64,000 bases of DNA, from the NCBI GenBank assembly GCA_045576355.1, contig JAZNGG010000047.1, forward strand, positions 3,519 through 67,518, read 5' to 3'. The translations under genes and the position numbers were made by a program. Under the pieces are notes generated by a model that worked only from the letters and a program-made list of their open reading frames with translations, was not told where the DNA came from and searched no databases. This stretch comes from Bacteroidales bacterium. Its GTDB lineage: Bacteria > Bacteroidota > Bacteroidia > Bacteroidales > UBA3663. This document shows, one piece after another, positions 18,097 through 26,390 of this stretch; position 1 is the first letter of the stretch, and the number at the start of each line of letters is the position of its first letter.

Positions 18097-19638
18097 ATGA
18101 AAAAAATCTTTACTTTGGTTGCTACAGCGTTTATCGCTAGTGCATCTTTTGCACAACACGCAGAGTGGACTGCAGCTCAGTTGCCGACAGAAGTTTTTGC
18201 CGACAAAGCTGCTGCTGAAGCTGCTGGTTTTAACACCATGTGGTGGAGCGAGGGTAACAAGGCTCAGTGGCTTGGTATGCCTGCTCAGGATCTCATCAAG
18301 ACCGATGAGGTAACTATTTCTTTGGCTTGCCCTTATAACTATGTTTCTACAGGTAGTGGTAAGTATTCTGGTAAGAATTATGCCTATAAGGTAATTATGG
18401 GTATGAACAACTCTACTCGTGATGGTATCGATCCTTTGTATTTCCTCGAAGGCTTGACCAACAATGATTATGTACGTAAGGCTGGTGATTCTGATCAGGG
18501 TAATGTAGTTAATGATGCTATCATCAAGATTGAGATGGCTGCTACTCCTGCTGATGCCGGAGATCCTTGGACTAGTGCTGTGACTTTCCGTGTCAATCGT
18601 AGTAGCAATGCTGCTGCTTTCTATGTAGTTGACGCTACTAAGTCTAAGCTCGTTGTTCAGACCATGATGCGTAACAATGGTAGTTATGTTGCTGATGACA
18701 TCATCCGCTTCAATGTTGAGCAGGGTCACACTTATTATTGTATGGCTTCTGAAAAGGGTTCTGTTGAGCTTTATGGCATCTCTTTCGATGGTCCGAACTC
18801 TGACCAGTTTGAAGTAGTTGCTAACGAAGAGAACACTACTGCTCTTTGGACTGCTGACATGTTGCCTACTGCAAAGTTTGCTACTGTTGACGAGGCTGTT
18901 GCTGCCGGTTATAACACTTTATGGGGTATGGGTGACTACCTTGGTATGCCTGCTCAGGATCTCATCAAGACTGATGAAATCACTGTATCTTTGGCTTGTC
19001 CTTTCAACTATATTTCTGCTGTTAATAAGATCGGTGGTGGTAAAAAGCATACTTATAAAGTGATCATGGGTATGAACAACTCTACACGTGATGGTATCGA
19101 TCCTCTCTACTTCCTCGAAGGTTTGACAAACAATGATTATGTACGCACTGCTGGTACTTCTGATCAGGGTAATGTTGTTAACGATGCTATCTTGAAGATC
19201 GAGGTTGCTCCTCAGGCTGAAGGTACAGATCCTCATTGCGGACGTTTGATTTTCAACTATAGCCGTGGTAACAACAATGGTGCATTCTATGTAGTAGATG
19301 CTACTAAGAGCATTCCGGTATATCAGGACGTAACTCGTATTAACAACTCTATCGAGAAGAAGCAGGCTGCTATTATCAACGTTTATCCCGGTCGTACATA
19401 TTATGTAATGGCTTCTGATAAGGGTTCTATTGAGCTTTATAACGTAGGTTTCTGCTCTGCAGCTTCTGAGAAGTGGGTTACTTCTTCTACTCCCAATGGT
19501 ATTGAGAACGTTAAGGTTGCTGAGACTTCTGCTTCCAATAAGATTTTCTCTATCGATGGTCGCTACGTTGGTACTGATAAGGCCGGTTTGAAGAGTGGTC
19601 TTTATATCATGAACGGCAAGAAAGTTCTTGTTAAGTAA
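18097..19638 (+). CDS. Secreted PUL1 protein of unknown function: two tandem copies of a ~210-aa domain plus a T9SS sorting domain
   Basis: 513 aa with signal peptide ...ASASFAQ. Copy A is 18160-18786 and copy B is 18841-19452, offset by 681 bp, with long identical runs (LGMPAQDLIKTDE, KVIMGMNNSTRDGIDPLYFLEGLTNNDYVR, DQGNVVNDAI). The tail is KIFSIDGRYVG...GLYIMNGKKVLVK. Confidence 0.8.
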   Translation: MKKIFTLVATAFIASASFAQHAEWTAAQLPTEVFADKAAAEAAGFNTMWWSEGNKAQWLGMPAQDLIKTDEVTISLACPYNYVSTGSGKYSGKNYAYKVIMGMNNSTRDGIDPLYFLEGLTNNDYVRKAGDSDQGNVVNDAIIKIEMAATPADAGDPWTSAVTFRVNRSSNAAAFYVVDATKSKLVVQTMMRNNGSYVADDIIRFNVEQGHTYYCMASEKGSVELYGISFDGPNSDQFEVVANEENTTALWTADMLPTAKFATVDEAVAAGYNTLWGMGDYLGMPAQDLIKTDEITVSLACPFNYISAVNKIGGGKKHTYKVIMGMNNSTRDGIDPLYFLEGLTNNDYVRTAGTSDQGNVVNDAILKIEVAPQAEGTDPHCGRLIFNYSRGNNNGAFYVVDATKSIPVYQDVTRINNSIEKKQAAIINVYPGRTYYVMASDKGSIELYNVGFCSAASEKWVTSSTPNGIENVKVAETSASNKIFSIDGRYVGTDKAGLKSGLYIMNGKKVLVK

Positions 19639-19663
19639 TCATTGATAATATTCATAACATTTG

Positions 19664-19694
19664 AGGTTGCGTCATTGTGGCGCAACCTTTTTTG
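19664..19694 (+). terminator. Rho-independent terminator
   Basis: aggttgcg (19664-19671) pairs with cgcaacct (19681-19688), followed by tttttt. Confidence 0.8.
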
Positions 19695-19831
19695 TTTAGC
19701 GACAGATTTGCGATGCATCTGCATGCATTCTCTCCTATATTCTATCTTTTCGAAATTTGCTTATAATATTGTGGACTTATCTGTCGATGGCACTATTGTG
19801 AGACTCTTTGCGATTGATTTTAAGTAACTTA

Positions 19832-19863
19832 TTTGTAAGTAAGGAAATAAATAGTTACATTTG
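19832..19863 (+). promoter_or_regulatory. Bacteroides-type promoter (-33 TTTG, -7 TAcaTTTG)
   Basis: TTTG at 19832-19835 and tacatttg at 19856-19863, 20 bp apart, 30 bp before ATG 19893. Confidence 0.7.
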
Positions 19864-19892
19864 CCCAATAATAATGTTATTTTATTTTTATT

Positions 19893-22800
19893 ATGAAAGC
19901 GTTGAAATATCTGTTTTGTATCCTCTTGTGTGCAGTGTCATCCTTGGGCTATGCCAAAATTGAGGGAAGTCTTGATCCCGATTGTGTCGTTGCGGAGTGG
20001 AGCAACTCTTCCACTTATCCCAAAGTCATAGATATCAATTTTAGTGATGAGATGTGGCCCGGAGAGACTTGGGTGAAAGAGACCGGACGGGATTGTCCCG
20101 AGTGGAGTGATAGTTGCTATGTCAATGCCATCATAGATGTGCCTGCCAATGGTACGGGAGATGTGAAATATCCTGTCCTTTTTCACAATTGTGTCTTTGC
20201 CAATAAAAATTCCTATCAAGGCTATGCAGGTGCTACTGCTGCATTCTGCCGACAATATTATTTAGGAGAGACCGCGTCAGGAAATAGTGCCACTACCTAT
20301 AATAACTGGACTGTCGAGCATCACAAAAAATATATTGAGGATCACATCAGATATAATGACAAGGGAACACCGATCTATGGTGAAGCCGGATTCGTACAGT
20401 TCTGTCGTAGTGCTGCTTTTGTCGATATGGCTACTCGCAAAAAAGTGAGTGTACATGGATGGATGGAGATTGATCATATTCCTTATGTGGAGCGCATACA
20501 GTGGGCTTGGTCTTCTACCTCATGGGGGCGAGGCATCAAGTGTGATGTGAAAATTGGTGATGGAGCGTGGAAGCCCCTCGTCTGGATGGGTTCAGATAAG
20601 CATAAAGCCGGTTATACGGTCTTTAGTGATCAAGGTTATTTCATGGAGAACGTGATTGATGCTCATGATGTCTCCATTCGTTGGAGGATTTGGGATGGTG
20701 ATAACGTTACCACTTTAGTCCAAACCAAAGAGGATGGATCATCCGCTTTTGGCATTCCGATTGACTCCACAAAACAACAGCAGGCTGCACGTGTGCATAA
20801 GATTCAGATTTTTGGAGATATGATCACGGCTGAGCAGGCAGACTATGCTCGTCAGAATCCCGTTGGAAACGTGGGAAAATTGTCTGATATAGATAATGGT
20901 AGCGACGCTAAGGAGGATTATGCTCCTGATGCCAATGCCCCGGTCGTAGTCTATACTGTGGCTAAAGATGGAAGTGGAGATTTTCTAAAGATACAGGATG
21001 CCATTGATGCTGTCCAAAATGGTCAGCGTGGCATTATTTATATTCGTCCGGGCATTTATGAAGAAAACGTTTATGCCGGTAGGAGTGAAAACAAGAATAA
21101 GTTTATCAGCTTGATCGGAGAAGACAAGGAGACCACTATTTTGACCTCTTCGGTAGATCGTGGAGCCAATAATCCTAATAATAAGTATTATGATTGTGCA
21201 GCGCTCAACGTTTATACTTCGCGTTTCTATGCAGAAAATCTGACGATTCGTAATACAGCCGGCAACGTTGGCCAAGCTGAAGCATTGTTTACCAATGGAG
21301 ATGCTCATCTCTTTAATAATTGCATTCTTTCCGGATATCAGGATACTTATAAGGCAAACTCCGGAGGCCGTGGTTATTTCACCCGTTGTCTCATTGAGGG
21401 TGCGACCGACTTTATCTATGATGGCGGTTTGGAGTGGTTTGAAGATTGTGAAATCCGCTGTGTGCAGGGTGGAGGATATATCACGGCTGCTGCAGATGCA
21501 AGTCTGACCTTGACACAGGCTTTACATCCCAATCTCAGTGTCTCTCCGTTTTATGCCGGTCTTTTCTTCCGCAACTGCAATGTAAAAGCCGAAGAGGGTG
21601 TGAAAAATGGAGCATATTATTTGGGACGTCCCTGGAAGGAGGGTTGTGGCACGATGTTTATTAACTGTAAATTAGGTGCTCATATCAATGCCAAAGGATG
21701 GAAGGAATGGGATGGCACTGAAAACAAGTGCTCTTACTTCGAGTATGGGAGCAAGGATCCTTCCGGTGCTCTGATCAATACGGCTTCGCGTGTCTCCTGG
21801 AGTCATCAGGCAACAGCCATAGAGGTGGAGGAGTATATGAATCCCGAGTTCTTGTTTGCCAAGTTCTCAGATGTGCCGTTCGATTATAATTATATCTTAA
21901 AGGGGGCTGCTGCTCCGATGAATTTCTCCCTCACTTCCTCCGGATTCTCATGGGAAAGTGATGATATGGCGGTGGCATATATCATCTATAAGGATGGACA
22001 ATTTGCGGCGATTACGACTTCTCCGGCTTATAGTAAGGAGACGACAGATGAATCTGTGTATAGTGTGAGAAGTATCTCTCGTCATGGTGTTACCTCTCCG
22101 GCAGTTGTTGCCAAAGAGCCGACGCAGTTGCTCGCATTCCCTACAGCCGAGGGTTTTGGTAAGTTTACGACCGGAGGTCGTGGCGGCAAGGTGGTGACAG
22201 TTACTTCGCTGACCAATGATGGCGTAGGGTCTTTGAGATGGGCTTTTTCACAATATCCCGGTGAGCCGATCACGATCGTTTTTGCAGTAAGTGGAGAAAT
22301 ACGACTCGCAGAGGAGTTAAACATCAAACGCAGTGACTGGACATTGGCTGGTCAGACTGCCCCTGGAGAGGGTATTGTTATTACCCATAACAAAGTCAAT
22401 GTGGGTGGTTCGCAAAATTTTATTGTGCGCAATGTCCGTTTCCGCGCAGGACAGCGCAATACGAACGATGAAATTTTGGCAACCAATGCTTTAGGATCAG
22501 AAAACTGTTCCAATTATATATTTGACCATTGCTCTTTCGGATGGTCGGTTGAGGAGAATATGAATACTGCCGATAGTCATTTTCTCACGGTGCAATACAG
22601 CATAGTGCATGAGGGGCTGTATAATAGCGGCCACTCTAAGGGCGCCCGTGGCTATGGATGTCAATGGGGTGGTTCGCCGGCAACCTATCATCATAATCTC
22701 CTGGCTCATAATAAGTCTCGCAGTCCCCGTTTCAATGGTGCTCGTGGAGAGGATTATGTGGTATTTATGGAGTATATCAATAATGTGAATTATAATTTCG

Positions 22801-23804
22801 GTGATGCCGGTGGGTGTTATGGCGGGGAGAATACAGCCGCTATCACCGAATATAATGGTCTGAACTCTGCACATGAGTGTAATTTTATCAATAATTACTA
22901 CAAGCCGGGTCCGGCTTCTTCATCGGCATCTTCGGTTAAATTTGTCAATTCCAGTTATGCTCGTAGCGGAGCTACTTCATGGGCACCTGCAAAGTGGTAT
23001 CTGAGCGGTAATGTTATCGAGGGTAATTCTTCGGCAAGTGCTAATAACTGGAATGCCATGCGGGCAGAGACCTATTCTTTGGCGCAGATACGCAGTGATG
23101 AGCGTATTGTGACGGCTACACCCTATTATAAATATACTGTGATGGGTGGGGTCGGAAAATATATGCCGGAGCAATATATGATGTATGACTATGAGACTGC
23201 CGAACAAGCTTATGCGACAGTGGTGACAAAAGCCGGAACGGTGAATAGTGATTTAATCGAACGCCGTATCTTGAAAGAGGCACGTGAGGGTGGTGCAACT
23301 ACCTATGGAGGCTCTTCGATCGGTAAAGGAAAGGGGATCATTGATACAGAAAATGACTGCGAAGGTTTTTACGCCTATACGACAGATTATGTGGTTCCCA
23401 TCGATAGCGATAAAGATGGTATGCCGGACTCATGGGAGACAGAGAATGGATTGAATCCTATGCTACAAGACAACAATACTCTGAATGCTGATGGATATAC
23501 GGCTCTGGAGGTTTATCTGAACGGATTGATGGGAGAGAAGATGGATCGTAATTTCACCACCGGACTTCGCCATGAGTCCATGGAGCAATTGCAGGTCACT
23601 TATCATCCGGAGAGCCGTATGGTCTATTTCTCCCCTTCGGCTATAGGAGGAACTCTCCATGTATATTCGACCGCAGGTCTTTTGCTTCAAGTCCGGCAGA
23701 TTGATTCTGTTGCCCTCTCTCTTGCGGATTGTCCATCCGGATATGCTTTATTGCAGATCTCAGGTCGTGGATTCTGTCCGAGGTTGTTGAAGGTAGCGTT
23801 ATGA
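19893..23804 (+). CDS. Multidomain pectin enzyme: unknown N-terminal domain, CE8 pectin methylesterase, PL1 pectate lyase, Ca-binding-type repeat and T9SS sorting domain
   Basis: 1303 aa. CE8 landmarks from about 20943: GDFLKIQDAIDAV, QAEAL, GYQDTY, DFIYDGG, YLGRPW. PL1 landmarks from about 22128: AFPTAEGFGKFTTGGRGG, AGQTAPG, YIFDHCSFGWSVEE, HNKSRSPRF. Also DSDKDGMPDSWETENGLNP, and the tail LHVYSTAGLLL... Confidence 0.85.
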   Translation: MKALKYLFCILLCAVSSLGYAKIEGSLDPDCVVAEWSNSSTYPKVIDINFSDEMWPGETWVKETGRDCPEWSDSCYVNAIIDVPANGTGDVKYPVLFHNCVFANKNSYQGYAGATAAFCRQYYLGETASGNSATTYNNWTVEHHKKYIEDHIRYNDKGTPIYGEAGFVQFCRSAAFVDMATRKKVSVHGWMEIDHIPYVERIQWAWSSTSWGRGIKCDVKIGDGAWKPLVWMGSDKHKAGYTVFSDQGYFMENVIDAHDVSIRWRIWDGDNVTTLVQTKEDGSSAFGIPIDSTKQQQAARVHKIQIFGDMITAEQADYARQNPVGNVGKLSDIDNGSDAKEDYAPDANAPVVVYTVAKDGSGDFLKIQDAIDAVQNGQRGIIYIRPGIYEENVYAGRSENKNKFISLIGEDKETTILTSSVDRGANNPNNKYYDCAALNVYTSRFYAENLTIRNTAGNVGQAEALFTNGDAHLFNNCILSGYQDTYKANSGGRGYFTRCLIEGATDFIYDGGLEWFEDCEIRCVQGGGYITAAADASLTLTQALHPNLSVSPFYAGLFFRNCNVKAEEGVKNGAYYLGRPWKEGCGTMFINCKLGAHINAKGWKEWDGTENKCSYFEYGSKDPSGALINTASRVSWSHQATAIEVEEYMNPEFLFAKFSDVPFDYNYILKGAAAPMNFSLTSSGFSWESDDMAVAYIIYKDGQFAAITTSPAYSKETTDESVYSVRSISRHGVTSPAVVAKEPTQLLAFPTAEGFGKFTTGGRGGKVVTVTSLTNDGVGSLRWAFSQYPGEPITIVFAVSGEIRLAEELNIKRSDWTLAGQTAPGEGIVITHNKVNVGGSQNFIVRNVRFRAGQRNTNDEILATNALGSENCSNYIFDHCSFGWSVEENMNTADSHFLTVQYSIVHEGLYNSGHSKGARGYGCQWGGSPATYHHNLLAHNKSRSPRFNGARGEDYVVFMEYINNVNYNFGDAGGCYGGENTAAITEYNGLNSAHECNFINNYYKPGPASSSASSVKFVNSSYARSGATSWAPAKWYLSGNVIEGNSSASANNWNAMRAETYSLAQIRSDERIVTATPYYKYTVMGGVGKYMPEQYMMYDYETAEQAYATVVTKAGTVNSDLIERRILKEAREGGATTYGGSSIGKGKGIIDTENDCEGFYAYTTDYVVPIDSDKDGMPDSWETENGLNPMLQDNNTLNADGYTALEVYLNGLMGEKMDRNFTTGLRHESMEQLQVTYHPESRMVYFSPSAIGGTLHVYSTAGLLLQVRQIDSVALSLADCPSGYALLQISGRGFCPRLLKVAL

Positions 23805-23829
23805 CCTTATTTTTAATGATTTAATAAAA

Positions 23830-23858
23830 GGCTGCATTTAGGTGCGGCCATTTTTTTT
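23830..23858 (+). terminator. Rho-independent terminator
   Basis: ggctgc (23830-23835) pairs with gcggcc (23844-23849), followed by an 8-T run (23851-23858). Confidence 0.75.
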
Positions 23859-24100
23859 CGTCCGCCGGCGATTCATTTTACACGGCGGCGTCATGCACGT
23901 TACACGGCGGCGTCATGCACGTTACACGGCGGCGTCATGCACGTTACACGGCGGCGTCATGCACGTTACGCGGCGGCGTCATGCACGTTACACGGCGGCG
24001 TCATGCACGTTACACGGCGGCGTCATGCACGTTACGCGGCGGCGTCATGCACGTTACACGGCAGCGTCATGCATGTTACACGGCGGCGTCATGCAAATAA
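23859..24100 (+). repeat. 22-bp perfect-period tandem array, about 10-11 copies (unit cacggcggcgtcatgcacgtta)
   Basis: Units begin at 23881 and recur every 22 bp to 24100. Variants are cgcggcgg... (units 5 and 8) and decayed end units. A degenerate unit sits at 23859-23880. Confidence 0.95.
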
Positions 24101-24228
24101 TGCCTTTAGCGACATTATATTTCTTCATTTGGTCAAGTGGACTTTGCAAAGGTGTTTGCTTTTTTTAGAAAAGAAACAGATTTAGAGAGAGAATCGAATT
24201 TGCTTGTTCGCGACATTGTTTTTAAAGT

Positions 24229-24236
24229 TACCTTTG
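24229..24236 (+). promoter_or_regulatory. -7 box TAccTTTG for the transporter gene
   Basis: tacctttg lies 98 bp upstream of ATG 24334. Confidence 0.55.
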
Positions 24237-24333
24237 CGCGTCTGTTTTGTCCGAATCGGATTATATCGGACCAAATGACGGCGTTTATTGTGTTTGTCAT
24301 ATATATATTATATAAGGTATAGATGTTAATGTT

Positions 24334-26016
24334 ATGGATTGGTTAGTCAGTCTTTTTGCCGGTTCCGGAGTGGCGCACTCTGTGTTTTTAGTGGCGTTGA
24401 CCATTGCCATAGGATTGTTTTTCAGCAGGTTTAAGATCTGTGGAGTCTCCTTAGGAGTTACATGGATATTGTTTGCCGGCATCTTTGCCGGGCATTTCGG
24501 ATTGGAGTTGGATCCGGTCACCTCTCACTTTGTCAAAGAGTTCGGTCTCATCCTCTTCATCTATTCCATCGGCATCCAGGTCGGACCGGGATTCTTCTCC
24601 TCGTTTCGCAAAGGGGGTGTCACGCTCAATATGCTTGCCTCCGGTGTCGTTCTGCTGGGGTGTACGGTGGCCTATGCGATCCATCTGGTGACCGGAGAAA
24701 ACCTTTTTGCCATGATCGGCGTCCTTTATGGCGCTGTGACCAATACCCCCGGTCTGGGTGCGGCACAGCAGACATTTTCCGATATGCACGGCGGTGAGAA
24801 TAACTCGCTCTTTGCTCAAGGCTACGCTGTGGCATATCCGTTGGGTGTGGTGGGCATCATACTCTCCATCATTTTGATCAAAATGATATTCCGCATCAGG
24901 TTTGATAAAGAGCAGTCGCTCTTTCAGGCTGCTGCCCGTCTCAATAGTAAAGCCCTTGAGGCTGTCACCATCAAGATCGAGAATGACGCGGTGGTCGGTA
25001 AGACTGTGGCTGAAATTCAGGAGATCTCCGGACGCCAGTGTGTGATGTCCCGTATCTTGCACCGCGAAACGAGTGACATCGAACTGGTAGTAAGCGATAC
25101 AAAGTTGCAGAAGGGTGATCGACTCTTTTTGGTCGCTTCGCCTGCCGATGCCTCTGCGCTTAGTGTCCTCCTCGGCCGACGTATAGAGGGGATGATGACC
25201 GAGCAGTGGAATGCCCTCGATCATAACGACCTGATCAGTGAGCGCATGGTGGTGACCAATCCCAAACTCAATGGCAAACGTTTGGGTGACCTGGCATTGC
25301 GCAAGACGTTTAATGTCAATATCACCCGAGTGAAGCGTTCGGGGGTAGATATCATCGCTCATCCCGGGTTGCTCTTGCAGCTTGGTGACCGTCTGGTCGT
25401 GGTGGGTAAAGCTGAGAGCATCCGTAAGATCCAGCCCATGCTCGGAGACTCTGTCAAGAAACTTGATGAGCCTAATCTGATGGCGATATTCCTGGGCATC
25501 TCCTTGGGTGTCATATTAGGATCTATGCCGATCCTTTTCCCCGGTATGCCCGTGCCGGTGAAACTGGGACTTGCCGGAGGACCTCTGATCATCTCCATAT
25601 TGGTCTCCAAGTTCGGACCGCAACTCAAATTGGTCACTTATACCACCTCTTCGGCCAATCTTCTGATGCGACAGGTCGGCATCTGTATGTTTATGGCCGC
25701 TGTCGGATTGGGTGCCGGCAAAGGTTTTGTCGATACGGTCCTGCAAGGGGGATACTGGTGGGTCCTTTATGGTGTATTGATCACTATGATTCCCTGCTTG
25801 GTGGTGGGTGTCATTGCCCGACGTTTTTTCCGTCTCAGTTATTTCACGATTGCCGGCATGATTTCCGGCTCGATGACCGATCCACCGGCTTTGGCTTATA
25901 GCAATAGCATCTGTGGCAATGATCAGGCTTCTGTCGCATATTCCACCGTCTATCCGCTGACCATGTTCCTGCGTGTCTTGACTGCTCAGGTGATGGTACT
26001 TATGGGAGGATATTGA
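24334..26016 (+). CDS. AAE-family (YidE/YbjL-like, aspartate:alanine exchanger family) transporter with two central RCK_C/TrkA-C domains
   Basis: 560 aa. Two hydrophobic halves flank two soluble repeats (VTIKIENDAVVGKTVAEI... and VVTNPKLNGKRLGDLALR...). Confidence 0.8.
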   Translation: MDWLVSLFAGSGVAHSVFLVALTIAIGLFFSRFKICGVSLGVTWILFAGIFAGHFGLELDPVTSHFVKEFGLILFIYSIGIQVGPGFFSSFRKGGVTLNMLASGVVLLGCTVAYAIHLVTGENLFAMIGVLYGAVTNTPGLGAAQQTFSDMHGGENNSLFAQGYAVAYPLGVVGIILSIILIKMIFRIRFDKEQSLFQAAARLNSKALEAVTIKIENDAVVGKTVAEIQEISGRQCVMSRILHRETSDIELVVSDTKLQKGDRLFLVASPADASALSVLLGRRIEGMMTEQWNALDHNDLISERMVVTNPKLNGKRLGDLALRKTFNVNITRVKRSGVDIIAHPGLLLQLGDRLVVVGKAESIRKIQPMLGDSVKKLDEPNLMAIFLGISLGVILGSMPILFPGMPVPVKLGLAGGPLIISILVSKFGPQLKLVTYTTSSANLLMRQVGICMFMAAVGLGAGKGFVDTVLQGGYWWVLYGVLITMIPCLVVGVIARRFFRLSYFTIAGMISGSMTDPPALAYSNSICGNDQASVAYSTVYPLTMFLRVLTAQVMVLMGGY

Positions 26017-26274
26017 GTCGGCTGATATATTCCCTCTTCGAAATGTTAATTTGTATCATCAAATCTAAATGAAGTATATATATTCATCGTAAGATTTTTA
26101 TTGAAACAAGGGAATAATTCATCTAATTTTGCCTATTTTCTCTCTTTTTGGGAAAGAAAGTTGCAAAAAGATGTTATTTTTACCAAATACCTTCCTAAAA
26201 ACTTAATTTTACATGCTTTTTAATGATTAAAAGGTGAATATTTACTCTTTTTCACTCTTTAATAGGTGTTTTTC

Positions 26275-26305
26275 TTTGTCAATCAATAATCTTTTGCTAT
26301 ATTTG
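26275..26305 (+). promoter_or_regulatory. Bacteroides-type promoter for PUL2 (-33 TTTG, -7 TAtaTTTG)
   Basis: TTTG at 26275-26278 and tatatttg at 26298-26305, 19 bp apart. Confidence 0.65.
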
Positions 26306-26390
26306 CTGCTCGACTAAGCGGATTTTATGTCATTTTTGTAAAAAATCAGAGTTTATTATTATATTTATGTATCATTTCAAAGTAACAGTT

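Noticed and set aside
23859-24100. Possible CRISPR array.
   Set aside because: The units are contiguous with no unique spacers, the 22-bp unit is shorter than known CRISPR repeats, and no cas genes are in the window.
23842-24185. Three overlapping plus-strand ORFs (108, 61 and 82 aa) encoding HGGVMHVTRRRHARYTAASCTL-type 22-aa repeats.
   Set aside because: They are translation artefacts of the 22-bp array: 3 x 22 bp gives 22 codons, so every frame stays open. They have no promoter or start context, and their composition is dictated by the repeat.
24451-25362. 303-aa minus-strand ORF and several shorter ORFs inside the AAE transporter gene.
   Set aside because: They are antisense or out of frame relative to a well-supported 560-aa transporter. 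Arg/Gly/His-rich shadow-ORF composition.
26367-26390. Upstream ATG (MYHFKVTV...) as the start of the PUL2 susC.
   Set aside because: The second ATG (26391) yields a canonical signal peptide directly (MRKLLSF...MMAQS), whereas the extension adds 8 residues before it. The upstream start cannot be excluded without homologues or N-terminal data.
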